The translations under genes were made by a program, and so were the position numbers. From the IMG/VR virus record IMGVR_UViG_3300027759_000003, positions 1-64,000 of that record: DNA of 64,000 bases; one strand, 5' to 3'. This DNA comes from a virus. The notes beneath the pieces were generated by a model. It ran no database searches, was not told the origin of the DNA, and worked only from the letters and a program-made list of their open reading frames with translations. Position 1 is the first letter of the stretch. Each line of letters opens with the position of its first letter. This document shows, in pieces, positions 29,421-39,801 of the stretch.

Positions 29421-30580
29421 TAACTAATACTGGAAAAGGTATTATTGGCAAATACCTGCTTGGACAGGCCCCAGCCTATGCATCATATATTGCAATTGGG
29501 TGTGGCCCAACACCACTAAATACCAATGATACTTCTGAAGATTTTTCTTCAAAAAAGAATTTAGACTTTGAAATGTTTAGGGTACCAATTTCTTCTAGAG
29601 GATTTGTAAACGAAAACGGTACAGATAAAATTGTTCTTACTGCAGAATTACCAACAGAAGAAAGATATGAAATATCAGAAATAGGGCTATACTCTGCTGG
29701 ATCAAATCCTTCTGCTGGAGTTTATGATAGTAAAACAATCTTTGCATTTACAGCAACAGAAAGTTGGCAGTATACCACTAGCGCTGCAACAACAGCAATT
29801 CAAACTTTTCCCGAACCGCTTGATAATGGCAATGGCAATATTATTCTTGTTGCAGATCCAGTGTTTAAAACAAATGCTGATAATACTATTTTCTTTAATC
29901 CATCTCGTGCAAACAGGTATGAAAGGTGTAGGTTTTTAAATAACATAATTTTAATTAGGGGTGATCAGGCAGACTTAACCCTTAGTTCTGAAAGCGATGA
30001 AACCCTTGATCATTTTGTAATTGAATCAGGATCAAATCATATAAAATTAACAGGTGCTAACATTGATCTATCAAGAAACTCTCCAAAAGATGAATTAAAA
30101 TTAGCGTTTTCTTTAGTAAGCAGAGATGGAAACTCAGCCTCAATACCTGAAACAATTAGAATTCTTGTTGAATTTTCTTCTCCTGACGGAACACAGTATG
30201 CAAGGTTTGAAGCAGAACTAGACCAAGGGAGTTCTGGAAATTTAGAAAATTCAATTGCAGATTTTGAGACTAATAGATATTTTGTAATATCAAAAGAATT
30301 GCAGGACTTGTACAAAACAGAAAATTTTAGTTGGGAAATAGCAACTATAGTAAAAATTTATGCCTGTGTTATTACAGATGAAAGTGGAGAATTTAATGTT
30401 CCTTCTAATAACTATTATATTGCATTAGACGCTTTAAGATTAGAAAATACTCAAACAGTTAATCCACTTTATGGACTAACGGGGTATTCTATTGTAAAAA
30501 ATGAAAATGAAGAAACTGTTATAAAGTCTCCTAATACTAGCAACTATGTTGAATTTAGATTTTCTGTTGGTGTGTCGTAA
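29417..30580 (+). CDS. Baseplate / fibre-attachment protein
   Basis: MITNTGKGIIGKYL..YIAIGCG and ISEIGLYS motifs typical of fibre-attachment domains. Confidence 0.6.
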   Translation: MITNTGKGIIGKYLLGQAPAYASYIAIGCGPTPLNTNDTSEDFSSKKNLDFEMFRVPISSRGFVNENGTDKIVLTAELPTEERYEISEIGLYSAGSNPSAGVYDSKTIFAFTATESWQYTTSAATTAIQTFPEPLDNGNGNIILVADPVFKTNADNTIFFNPSRANRYERCRFLNNIILIRGDQADLTLSSESDETLDHFVIESGSNHIKLTGANIDLSRNSPKDELKLAFSLVSRDGNSASIPETIRILVEFSSPDGTQYARFEAELDQGSSGNLENSIADFETNRYFVISKELQDLYKTENFSWEIATIVKIYACVITDESGEFNVPSNNYYIALDALRLENTQTVNPLYGLTGYSIVKNENEETVIKSPNTSNYVEFRFSVGVS

Positions 30581-31005
30581 TGGCTGATGCAGGGATTAAA
30601 AAATTAGTTATTCCAAAGAGTCAATTGCCACCAGTAAATGACGACAATGAGTATGTTTTAAGATACAGGATTGTATCTGATGATAAAAACAGAACTTCTC
30701 ACTATTCTCCAATCTTTACAGCAGTAGCAAATACCATTGAGCCTGTAAGCGGAAACCTTTCGAGAAACGGAAATAGTTTAGTTGCAGTCTGGGGCGATGA
30801 AAATAATAGACCTAAATATGATATTTTTGTAAAATTTGATAATGGGACCTATGAATATCACGGAACATCGCCAATACATACATATGGGTTTCTTAAAGGA
30901 AATGCTACAATAAATGTTAGAGTTGCAGTCCAGGTTGAAGGAATTAACAAAGAAAGAAATGCTGGATTAACTATATTTGAATCAAGCATAGTTTCTTTGG
31001 TATAA
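30580..31005 (+). CDS. Minor tail protein (FN3/Ig-like)
   Basis: YVLRYRIVSDDKNRTSHYSP beta-sandwich-like pattern; synteny. Confidence 0.45.
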   Translation: MADAGIKKLVIPKSQLPPVNDDNEYVLRYRIVSDDKNRTSHYSPIFTAVANTIEPVSGNLSRNGNSLVAVWGDENNRPKYDIFVKFDNGTYEYHGTSPIHTYGFLKGNATINVRVAVQVEGINKERNAGLTIFESSIVSLV

Positions 31006-31006
31006 T
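30998..31006 (+). promoter_or_regulatory. Extended -10 promoter (TGGTATAAT)
   Basis: Overlaps the upstream stop codon; SD AGGAGG before 31022. Confidence 0.65.
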
Positions 31007-31021
31007 TAAATAGGAGGATAA

Positions 31022-31465
31022 ATGTCAAAAATACCACTACCAGAACGTGGGCAACCATTAGATGTTACTTACATTTATGAATTAGCCAAAGCAATAAACG
31101 ACCTGTCTACGCAGATCTCTTCTGCAAGTTATAATTTTACAACTATTGATAACGGATCGTCAAACAAAGAAACAATAAAAACTTCAAATGCAAAAATAGC
31201 AGGCGGATACATACCAGTTTTCACAAATAGCACAGTTAGTGCTGGCAACGAAAGAGCATTTACTTATTCTTTTCAAAGTGAATTTAAGTTTCCACCAATA
31301 GTTACAGCAACGCCATTAAATATTGGAAACACAGAGGCAGGACAAAATGTTACAGTTGTTTTACAAACAATAACAACATCTAAAGTAGACGGCTTTGTAA
31401 GGTTTGGAGCATCTGGTAATTTATCTTTGGCTGTTAACTTAATTGCCGTTGGCATACCAAACTAA
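31022..31465 (+). CDS. Minor tail protein with H-type-lectin-like C-terminal domain
   Basis: FTYSFQSEFKFPPIVTAT...VNLIAVG pattern. Confidence 0.5.
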   Translation: MSKIPLPERGQPLDVTYIYELAKAINDLSTQISSASYNFTTIDNGSSNKETIKTSNAKIAGGYIPVFTNSTVSAGNERAFTYSFQSEFKFPPIVTATPLNIGNTEAGQNVTVVLQTITTSKVDGFVRFGASGNLSLAVNLIAVGIPN

Positions 31466-31479
31466 AAGATAGCAGCATA

Positions 31480-31671
31480 ATGATTTTTTGTAATAAATGT
31501 AATGGTCGTTTGTTTATTGATAGACAATATACAAGCGTACAGCATATGGAAACGTATTGTATTCGGTGTGGATCAAGAAGGTTTTATCATCCACCAACTG
31601 AAAGCGGAGAGGGCAGATGGTTACTGGCAAAGGAATTATCGAGAGCCAAACTTACAATAACGAATCTATAA
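31480..31671 (+). CDS. Small zinc-ribbon protein
   Basis: CNKC...CIRC. Confidence 0.65.
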   Translation: MIFCNKCNGRLFIDRQYTSVQHMETYCIRCGSRRFYHPPTESGEGRWLLAKELSRAKLTITNL

Positions 31672-32159
31672 TAAAAGGAAGTAAGAAAATTTGGTTTCTT
31701 AATGGAGACCTTGTAAGGCTTTACCATAGTTCAAGATCTACTGGTTTGGTGTCTGTATACAACATTAATAAAGATAGAGTTGAAACTTGCCTAAGAACTG
31801 ATTTTAGAAAAAATAGAGAAAAGGCTTATACGGTTGCTGAGACTGCTAGATTAATTAATCGTCATAGAAAGTATATGCCAACATTAATTAAAAAAGGAGT
31901 TATTCCGCCACCAGTAGGATCTACCATTAATGGAAGGACTGGATGGCAAATAAGATCATACTATTCAGAAAGCGCAGTTAAGGTGATTCGTGATATACTG
32001 GCATCTATACATATGGGGCAACCAAGAAAAGACGGGTTAATAACAAATAATATGACGCCTACGAACCAAGAGTTGACACGACGAATGGGAAAAGGTATAC
32101 TTACATATACAAAGACAGATGACGGAAGGTATATTCCAATCTGGTCTGAAAACATTTAA
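31617..32159 (+). CDS. Helix-turn-helix (MerR/excisionase-like) DNA-binding protein
   Basis: AYTVAETARLINRHRKYMPTLIKKGVIP..RSYYSE. Confidence 0.65.
   Translation: MVTGKGIIESQTYNNESIIKGSKKIWFLNGDLVRLYHSSRSTGLVSVYNINKDRVETCLRTDFRKNREKAYTVAETARLINRHRKYMPTLIKKGVIPPPVGSTINGRTGWQIRSYYSESAVKVIRDILASIHMGQPRKDGLITNNMTPTNQELTRRMGKGILTYTKTDDGRYIPIWSENI
32073..32101 (+). promoter_or_regulatory. SigA-type promoter TTGACA-17-TATACT embedded in coding sequence
   Basis: Near-perfect -35/-10 with exact 17-nt spacer, upstream of the replication genes. Confidence 0.75.
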
Positions 32160-32178
32160 AATAGAGAAAAGGTGGGGT

Positions 32179-32391
32179 ATGGAAAACGATAATACAAAAG
32201 TATCAGTAACTCTAGGATATACACTTAATCTGGGTAACTTCCAGTCTTTAAGAATTGATCTAGGGGTTGTTGACTCTAAGCGTGATGGTGAAAACTCAGA
32301 TCAGGCTTTTGATAGAGTCTATAAGTTTGTTGAAGACAAACTAACTGAAAAAATTCAAGAGGCACAATTAGAGGCTGATAGCAAAGACTAA
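32179..32391 (+). CDS. Conserved hypothetical protein
   Basis: KVSVTLGYTLNLGNFQSLRIDLG; SD GGTGGGG before ATG 32179. Confidence 0.7.
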   Translation: MENDNTKVSVTLGYTLNLGNFQSLRIDLGVVDSKRDGENSDQAFDRVYKFVEDKLTEKIQEAQLEADSKD

Positions 32392-32699
32392 TGGCTGAAC
32401 GCAAAGACCGCATGGCTTTGCTTAGTAGGTACAGCAAGTTACATACAGCAAAGTATGAGCAAAAGCCATCTTTAAATTTAAATGTAGAGCAATGGTCTGC
32501 TGATGCCTTAGTAGAGTCCTATGGTATTTCTGGTTGTTATGATTTGCTAGAATATTATTTTAGTATTGCACAAGAACCAAGTTGGAATTACTTTGCATAT
32601 AATGCAGAAAAGATTATTAACGGTAAACTAGATTTTGAAAAAGATACATTAGAACGAATAGAGCGAAGAAAGTTAGCAAGGAGGTGGCTCAGTGAATAA
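32391..32699 (+). CDS. Hypothetical protein (possible helicase loader)
   Basis: Translationally coupled directly upstream of DnaB; function inferred from position only. Confidence 0.5.
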   Translation: MAERKDRMALLSRYSKLHTAKYEQKPSLNLNVEQWSADALVESYGISGCYDLLEYYFSIAQEPSWNYFAYNAEKIINGKLDFEKDTLERIERRKLARRWLSE

Positions 32700-33915
32700 T
32701 ACAGAAGCAAGAGTTATCTCAGCATTATTACAAGACAAACAAATGCACGTACTTCTACAGGCTAATGTTGAAAACCTTCTTAGGACTCATAATGATGTTT
32801 GGAATTTTATAAGGTTGTATTTTGAAAATAATAGTGTAGTTCCTCCAACCTCTTTGGTTGTAGAAAAGTTTAGAGACTTCCAGCCAGTAGAGAATGTTGG
32901 TGCAACTAAACACCATCTTGAAGAGTTACAGACTGAATACTTAAACGATAGCCTAAAGGATATTTTAAGATCTGCAGCAGGAGAAGTTCAAACTGGTAAT
33001 GGCACAGAAGCCCTTAATGGTCTTATTACAAAAACATCTGAACTAAAAAAGAATGCATCTGCCATACGTGATATTGATGCAACAGACCTAGAGTCTGCCG
33101 TTGCATATTTTGAAAAGATTAAAGAACAAAAAGAGACTGGTCAAATTGGAATTAAAACAGGTTTACCAGGATTTGATAACTACCTACCTTCTGGAATTAT
33201 GCCAGGACAACTAGGTGTCTTTTTGGCTTATCCTGGAATTGGTAAATCATGGCTAGCACTTTACTTTGCAGTCCAAGCATGGAAACAAGGTAAGTCTCCA
33301 TTAGTTATTTCTTTAGAAATGTCTGAGACAGAAGTTCGTAATCGTGTGTTTGCTATTATGGGTGAAGGTCTTTGGTCTCATCGCAAACTTAGCAATGGTG
33401 AAGTTGAAATTGATATGTTAAAGAATTGGCATAAAAATAAAATAGAAGGCAAACCAGAGTTTCATATTATATCTAATGATAGTGGTGGAGAAGTAAGCCC
33501 ATCTGTTATTCGTGGAAAGATTGATCAGTATAAACCAGACTTTATAATTGTAGACTATTTACAACTTATGGCTCCAAACCAAAAATCTGAGAATGAGACA
33601 GTTAGAATGAAAAACCTTTCTCGTGAATTAAAGTTAATGGCTATATCAGAAGAGGTTCCAATTATTGCTATTTCATCTGCTACGCCTGACGATGTAAAAG
33701 ATTTAAGCAGCGCACCAACACTTGGTCAGACTGCATGGTCTAGACAAATTGCTTACGATGCTGACTGGGTTATGGCATTAGGTCGTGCTACAAACAGTGA
33801 TATTATTGAATGTGTATTTAGAAAAAATCGTAACGGTTTTATGGGAGACTTTTTAGTACAAGTAGATTTTGACAAAGGTTATTACAGATATAAGGATTAC
33901 GAAGATGGTAAATAA
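32692..33915 (+). CDS. dnaB: DnaB-like replicative helicase
   Basis: Walker A AYPGIGKS, SLEMS, IIVDYLQLM, IAYDAD, KNRNG. Confidence 0.93.
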   Translation: MNNTEARVISALLQDKQMHVLLQANVENLLRTHNDVWNFIRLYFENNSVVPPTSLVVEKFRDFQPVENVGATKHHLEELQTEYLNDSLKDILRSAAGEVQTGNGTEALNGLITKTSELKKNASAIRDIDATDLESAVAYFEKIKEQKETGQIGIKTGLPGFDNYLPSGIMPGQLGVFLAYPGIGKSWLALYFAVQAWKQGKSPLVISLEMSETEVRNRVFAIMGEGLWSHRKLSNGEVEIDMLKNWHKNKIEGKPEFHIISNDSGGEVSPSVIRGKIDQYKPDFIIVDYLQLMAPNQKSENETVRMKNLSRELKLMAISEEVPIIAISSATPDDVKDLSSAPTLGQTAWSRQIAYDADWVMALGRATNSDIIECVFRKNRNGFMGDFLVQVDFDKGYYRYKDYEDGK

Positions 33916-34828
33916 CATTTATAGTAAAGAACAAATACAAAGAGTGCTTAGTGGTGCAGGTATTGATGTTGAAGCAGAGTTTGGCAATGATTACATAATC
34001 TATTGTCCATATCATAATAACACTAGAACTCCTGCTGCCGAAGTTGCAAAAGATAGTGGATTGTTTTTTTGTTTTGGATGTCAAACAACTAAAAACCTTG
34101 AAGAATTTATCATGTTTGTAACTGGTAGAACTTATTTTGAAGCAGCACGGTATATAAAAAGCAAACAAACAGAAACTAATATTGAGAGTGTAATTAATAA
34201 AGCAATGTATGCTCCACCAGATTTTGTTCAGTATGACGAGGTGTTAATTAAAAGATTAAATAATCAGGCTCTAGAGTCTCCAAGAGCAATGAGATATTAT
34301 GCTGGAAGATACATAACAGAAGATTCAGTTAAAAAATTTGGACTTGGCTATTCAGAAAAACAAGATATGTTGACTATACCAGTTCACTCTCCAGATGGAT
34401 TAACACTTGGCTTTGTTGGTCGATCTGTAGAAGGTAAAGAGTTTAAAAATACTCCAGGACTTCCAAAAGGTAAAATATTGTTTAACTTACACAGGATTAA
34501 AGCATCCAGTATTGTGTATGTAGTTGAATCATCTTTTGATGCTATAAGGCTAGACCAAGTAGGATTCCCAGCAGTGGCAACTCTGGGGGCTAACGTATCT
34601 GCATCACAGATCAAACTGTTAGCAAAATACTTCAACAATGTTGTTCTTGTTGCAGACAATGACGAGGCTGGTTCAATAATGAAAGATAAGTTAATTGAAA
34701 AACTTGGCTCATTAGTGACCGTAATAAACATAGATAAAAAATATAAAGATATAGGCGATATGGATGATGAGGCAATTCGAAGCATAGAGTTTCAATTTGA
34801 CAAATCTATATCAACTATGTTAAACTAA
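33905..34828 (+). CDS. dnaG: DNA primase (CHC2 zinc finger + TOPRIM)
   Basis: CPYH..CFGC; VVESSFDA, ATLGA, DNDEAG, KDIGD. Confidence 0.92.
   Translation: MVNNIYSKEQIQRVLSGAGIDVEAEFGNDYIIYCPYHNNTRTPAAEVAKDSGLFFCFGCQTTKNLEEFIMFVTGRTYFEAARYIKSKQTETNIESVINKAMYAPPDFVQYDEVLIKRLNNQALESPRAMRYYAGRYITEDSVKKFGLGYSEKQDMLTIPVHSPDGLTLGFVGRSVEGKEFKNTPGLPKGKILFNLHRIKASSIVYVVESSFDAIRLDQVGFPAVATLGANVSASQIKLLAKYFNNVVLVADNDEAGSIMKDKLIEKLGSLVTVINIDKKYKDIGDMDDEAIRSIEFQFDKSISTMLN
34797..34826 (+). promoter_or_regulatory. Promoter TTGACA-18-(TGT)TAAACT upstream of SSB
   Basis: Perfect -35 plus extended -10 inside the end of the primase gene. Confidence 0.6.
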
Positions 34829-34850
34829 TATAACAAACGAAGGAGAATAT

Positions 34851-35507
34851 ATGAGCGTAGTAAAGGGACTAAAAAATATAAATGCCCTGCTCGAAAAACC
34901 AAAATATGATGAAAACTCTCCAAAGGTAAGATGGTTAAAAATTGCCGATGGACAAGCAGTAAAAATCCGTTTCATTGAAGAACTAGATGAAGACTCTGCA
35001 AATTATAATGCAGACCGTGGTCTTGCTCTAGTCGTTAAGGAACATACAAATCCAAAAGACTACAAGCGCAAGGCTGTAGACACAATGGAATCAGAAGGTC
35101 GTGACTGGGCAGAAGAAATGCATCGCAAAGATGTAAAGGCTGGCTGGAGAGCACGTCTTCGTTTCTATTGCAATGTTTTAGTCGACGATGGCATTGAAGC
35201 ACCGTATGTGGCTATTTGGTCAATGGGTGTTAGCAAGCAATCAGCATTTAATACAATTCGTGAGTATGCACTTGAAACAGGTAGCATCTCAAACGTAGTC
35301 TGGAAAGTAAAGCGAAATGGTCAGGGTACTGAAACAAGTTACACAACCATTCCAGGTGCACCAGATACAGAACCATTTGACTGGTCAGCATTTAAGCCTT
35401 ATCCTCTTGAGTTAGCATTAAAGAAAATTCCTTATGCTGAACAAGAAGCATTCTACTTAGGCTTTGACGGTCCAACAACTTCATCTGCTACCAACGTAGA
35501 CTGGTAA
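34851..35507 (+). CDS. Single-stranded DNA-binding protein (gp32-like)
   Basis: Between primase and polymerase; VKIRFIEEL, WKVKRNGQGTETSY; C-terminal aromatic (NVDW). Confidence 0.7.
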   Translation: MSVVKGLKNINALLEKPKYDENSPKVRWLKIADGQAVKIRFIEELDEDSANYNADRGLALVVKEHTNPKDYKRKAVDTMESEGRDWAEEMHRKDVKAGWRARLRFYCNVLVDDGIEAPYVAIWSMGVSKQSAFNTIREYALETGSISNVVWKVKRNGQGTETSYTTIPGAPDTEPFDWSAFKPYPLELALKKIPYAEQEAFYLGFDGPTTSSATNVDW

Positions 35508-35510
35508 TAG

Positions 35511-38500
35511 ATGAACTATGTAGGCTTACATGTTCATACTCACTACTCCCTATTTGACGGCATAGCAACTCCACAAGAGTATGTAGACCGTGCTAGCAAG
35601 TTGGGTATGAACGCTCTTGCAATTACAGATCACGGTACACTTTCTGGTCACAGAGAGTTGTATCGTGCTGCAAAAGAAAAGGGTATTAAGCCAATCCTTG
35701 GTTTAGAAGGATACATGTGTGCAGATATATCTGATAAAAGAGATAAGTCTGAAAGAGAAGGTCAACAAGATCTTGTCTATAACCACATTGTCCTTCTAGC
35801 CAAGAACCAAAAAGGTTTGGAAAACCTTAACAAGATTAGTGAAATTGCATGGACAGATGGGTTTTTTAAAAAACCAAGGTTTGACTTTGAGATTCTTAAA
35901 AAGTATAAAGAAGGAATTATTGTAACCTCTGCTTGTCCTAGTAGCGTTATTGTTAAAGCACTGGAAGAGCAAGAGTTTGCAATTGCTAAAAAGAACATTA
36001 ACTGGTTTAAAGATAACTTTGGTAGCGATTACTATATTGAGGTTATGCCACACAACACACCAGAAATAAATAAATATCTTATTGAACTTGCTGATGAGTT
36101 TGATATAAAGGTTGTTGTTACACCAGACTGTCATCATTCAGATACATTGCAAAAAGAAATACAAGAATTTAAGTTAATTTTAAATACACATGGAAAAATA
36201 AACAAAGAAGCAACATACGAAAAGTCTAAAAAGAAAACAGATATGATGGAAAGACTTGACTATTTATACGGAGAAGACCGCCAAATAACATTTAATAAAT
36301 TTGATATCCATCTATTATCTTATGAAGAAATTAAGGCAGCAATGGAACTGCAGGGTATTGATCGACCAGACATATACTCAAACACAATACTTTTAGCAGA
36401 TACAGTAGAAGACTATGACATTAAAGATGGGCTAAATCTTTTACCAGTTCAATATAAAAACCCAGATCAAGAGTTAGCAAACTTAGCGTTTGCAGGACTT
36501 GAAAAATATCGGCTTACCGACAACTGGCTTGGAAATGATATTTATGAACAAAGACTTGACGAAGAGTTAGAAATTATTCGTAATAAAAAATTTGCACCAT
36601 ATTTTCTTGTAGTAAGCAATATGATTAATTGGGCTAAGAAAGAAGGTGTTTTAGTTGGTCCAGGTCGTGGATCATCTGCTGGTTCTTTAGTTTGTTATTT
36701 ACTTGGTATTACAACAATTGATCCAATAGAACATGGTCTTTTGTTTTTCCGTTTTATTAATCCAGAACGTAACGACTTTCCTGATATCGATACGGACATT
36801 CAAGATACTCGTCGTGATGAAGTAAAAGATTATTTAGTTAGACAGTATAGACACGTAGCATCTATTGCTACATTCCTTGAGTTTAAAGATAAAGGTGTTG
36901 TAAGAGATGTTGCACGAGTTTTAGATATACCATTAACAGATGTTAACAAAGTATTAAAGTTAGTCGATACTTGGGATGAATATTGTACCTCTAAAACTAC
37001 ACTGTGGTTTAGAGAAAAATATCCAGAGGTGGAGATTTATGGAGAACAATTACGTGGTCGTATTAGAGGTACTGGCATTCATGCTGCTGGTGTGGTTACT
37101 AGTAAGGATCCAATATTTAGGTATGCGCCATTGGAAACTCGCTCTTCTCCTGGATCCGATGATCGCATTCCTGTGGTTGGTGTTGATATGGAAGAGGCTG
37201 AAAAGATTGGTCTTATTAAAATTGACGCATTAGGTCTTAAAACTTTAAGCGTAGTAAAAGATGCTATTGATATGATTAAACAAAATCACTACAAAGACAT
37301 CGATCTTTTATCAATTGATATGGCAGATCCCAAAGTATATGAGATGCTTTCAGACGGGTATACAAAAGGTGTATTCCAGTGTGAAGCAACACCATATACA
37401 AACCTCTTAGTAAAAATGGGAGTAAAGAACTTTAATGAGTTGGCAGCATCAAATGCTTTAGTTCGTCCAGGTGCTATGAATACTATTGGTAAAGACTATA
37501 TTGCTCGTAAGCATGGTAAGCAGAATGTTTCCTATACCCACCAAATTATGAAAGAATTCACAGATGATACATATGGGTGTATCCTGTATCAAGAGCAAGT
37601 TATGCAGGCTTGTGTTCACCTAGGTGGAATGTCAATGTCTGATGCTGACAAGGTACGTAAAATTATTGGAAAGAAGAAAGATGCAAAAGAGTTCGATATT
37701 TATAAAGAACGTTTTATTACTGGCGCTTCTGCCTATATTGCTCCCAATCAGGCTCGTGATCTATGGCATGACTTTGAGGCGCATGCGGGATACTCGTTCA
37801 ACAAGTCTCATGCGGTTGCTTACTCTACGCTCTCGTATTGGACGGCGTGGTTAAAATACTACTATCCACTTGAGTTTATGTTTGCCCTTCTTAAAAATGA
37901 GAAGGATAAAGACGGTAGAACAGAATATCTAATTGAAGCAAAACGTATGGGCATATCAGTTAAACTACCTCATATAAATGATTCAGATCTTGATTTTAAA
38001 ATTGAAGGTAAGGGCATAAGGTTTGGGCTAACAGGAATTAAGTTTATTTCTAATAACATTGCTGAAAAATATATTGCTGCTCGTCCATTTAAAACATACA
38101 AAGAACTTGAAGAATTTACCTTTACAAAAGGTAATGGCGTAAACAGTAGAGCGCTTAACGCTCTTAGACTTATTGGTGCAGCAACCTTTGCCGATAATGA
38201 AAGAAACGATAGTGAGATTAAAGAAAATATTTATGAATACTTAAATTTACCAGAGTTTAACATAACAATTCCCTCACACTATTATGCATTTATTCAAGAC
38301 GTTGATTCATTTGAAGAAAAGGGATCATACATTTTAATGGGTATGGTTAAAACAATTAAACGAGGAAAGGGATGGTCACGAATTGAAATTCTTGACAAAA
38401 CTGGGAGTGTTGGTATATTTGATGAAGAAGCAACGACTATTGAGACGGGTCGTACTTATTTGGTTCTTGCTAATGATAATCGGATTGTCTCTGCAATTCC

Positions 38501-38798
38501 TGTTGATGAAATAAAAGAATCTTCAAATGCACTTGTTAAGTTTTTAGGTTACAAACAATTACCATATAGTGAAGAAGAAATGTTTGTAGTTTCTTTTAAA
38601 CCAAGAATTACAAAGGCTGGAAAGAAAATGGCTTCTTTAACTTTAGCAGATACGGCTAGAGACTTACACTCTGTTACAGTATTTCCTACTGCATTTCCTA
38701 AAGCATATATGCATATTGAAGAAGGTAAATCGTATAAATTTAGTTTTGGTAAAACCAAAGATGGAACCGTTATAATGGAGGATGTAAATGTCAGTTAG
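35511..38798 (+). CDS. dnaE: DNA polymerase III alpha subunit (DnaE) with PHP domain
   Basis: LHVHTHYS, ITDHG, GPGRGSSAGSL, PDIDTD, GIHAAGVV, KIDALGL, GVFQ, YSFNKSH; no intein visible. Confidence 0.96.
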   Translation: MNYVGLHVHTHYSLFDGIATPQEYVDRASKLGMNALAITDHGTLSGHRELYRAAKEKGIKPILGLEGYMCADISDKRDKSEREGQQDLVYNHIVLLAKNQKGLENLNKISEIAWTDGFFKKPRFDFEILKKYKEGIIVTSACPSSVIVKALEEQEFAIAKKNINWFKDNFGSDYYIEVMPHNTPEINKYLIELADEFDIKVVVTPDCHHSDTLQKEIQEFKLILNTHGKINKEATYEKSKKKTDMMERLDYLYGEDRQITFNKFDIHLLSYEEIKAAMELQGIDRPDIYSNTILLADTVEDYDIKDGLNLLPVQYKNPDQELANLAFAGLEKYRLTDNWLGNDIYEQRLDEELEIIRNKKFAPYFLVVSNMINWAKKEGVLVGPGRGSSAGSLVCYLLGITTIDPIEHGLLFFRFINPERNDFPDIDTDIQDTRRDEVKDYLVRQYRHVASIATFLEFKDKGVVRDVARVLDIPLTDVNKVLKLVDTWDEYCTSKTTLWFREKYPEVEIYGEQLRGRIRGTGIHAAGVVTSKDPIFRYAPLETRSSPGSDDRIPVVGVDMEEAEKIGLIKIDALGLKTLSVVKDAIDMIKQNHYKDIDLLSIDMADPKVYEMLSDGYTKGVFQCEATPYTNLLVKMGVKNFNELAASNALVRPGAMNTIGKDYIARKHGKQNVSYTHQIMKEFTDDTYGCILYQEQVMQACVHLGGMSMSDADKVRKIIGKKKDAKEFDIYKERFITGASAYIAPNQARDLWHDFEAHAGYSFNKSHAVAYSTLSYWTAWLKYYYPLEFMFALLKNEKDKDGRTEYLIEAKRMGISVKLPHINDSDLDFKIEGKGIRFGLTGIKFISNNIAEKYIAARPFKTYKELEEFTFTKGNGVNSRALNALRLIGAATFADNERNDSEIKENIYEYLNLPEFNITIPSHYYAFIQDVDSFEEKGSYILMGMVKTIKRGKGWSRIEILDKTGSVGIFDEEATTIETGRTYLVLANDNRIVSAIPVDEIKESSNALVKFLGYKQLPYSEEEMFVVSFKPRITKAGKKMASLTLADTARDLHSVTVFPTAFPKAYMHIEEGKSYKFSFGKTKDGTVIMEDVNVS

Positions 38799-39801
38799 TG
38801 TAGAAGATGTATTATCTCAATTAGATCCAAGACTTAGAAAACGACTTGGAACTGGCGAAGGTATTAGTTTTGATTATCAACCAACACCAAGTTTTGGATT
38901 AAACCGTGCCCTAGGCGGTGGACTACCATACGGTAGACAAGTCCTGGTATGGGGAAGTAAGTCATCGGCTAAGTCATCTATGTGTTTACAGATGATTGCT
39001 TTGGCGCAAGCAGAAGGCAAAGTTTGTGCATGGATTGATTCTGAAATGTCATACTCTGAGGATTGGGCAAAGAAATTAGGGGTTGATCCAACAAAATTAA
39101 TTTACTCTCAAGCAAGAACTATTAGCGATATGGTAGATGTTGGTGTTGGACTTATAAATGCTGGAGTGGATTTAATTGTCATTGACTCTATTACTTCTAT
39201 GCTTCCTGCTATATATTTTGAAAAAGATACAGATGAAATGAAGGCTTTAGAAAATACAAAACAGATTGGAGCGGAGTCTCGTGATTTTAGTAACGCTTGG
39301 AAAATGCTTAATTATGCAAATAATAAAGTTAAGCCAACTCTTTTGGTTCTTATTAGTCAAAGCCGTAACAATATTAGTGCTATGTATACTAGCCAGCAGC
39401 CTTCTGGTGGGCAGGCTACTAAATTCTATTCATCTTGTGTTATCAAGTTATTTTCCTCTGAGTCCGACAATCAGGCTATCAAAGGTAAGATTAAGGTTGG
39501 CGATAAACTCATTGAAGAAAAGATTGGTAGAAAGATTCGTTGGGAGTTACAATTTTCTAAAACGTCTCCTGGATTCCAATCTGGGGAATACGATTTCTAT
39601 TTCCGTGGAGATAATATTGGCATTGACGCTATTGGTGATCTTGTTGATACGGCTGAGTCAGTTGGTCTATTAAAAAGAACTGGAGCCTGGTATCAATTAG
39701 ATGACGGTACAAAGGTACAAGGAAGAGAAGGAATTATTAATAGAATAAAAGAAGATTTAGACTTACAACAACAATTAAGGACTAAACTAAGTAATGTCTA
39801 A
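38788..39801 (+). CDS. recA: RecA/UvsX-like recombinase
   Basis: LNRALGGGLPYGR, WIDSE, VIDSI, GGQATKFYSS, GAWY; atypical P-loop GSKSSAKS. Confidence 0.9.
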   Translation: MSVSVEDVLSQLDPRLRKRLGTGEGISFDYQPTPSFGLNRALGGGLPYGRQVLVWGSKSSAKSSMCLQMIALAQAEGKVCAWIDSEMSYSEDWAKKLGVDPTKLIYSQARTISDMVDVGVGLINAGVDLIVIDSITSMLPAIYFEKDTDEMKALENTKQIGAESRDFSNAWKMLNYANNKVKPTLLVLISQSRNNISAMYTSQQPSGGQATKFYSSCVIKLFSSESDNQAIKGKIKVGDKLIEEKIGRKIRWELQFSKTSPGFQSGEYDFYFRGDNIGIDAIGDLVDTAESVGLLKRTGAWYQLDDGTKVQGREGIINRIKEDLDLQQQLRTKLSNV

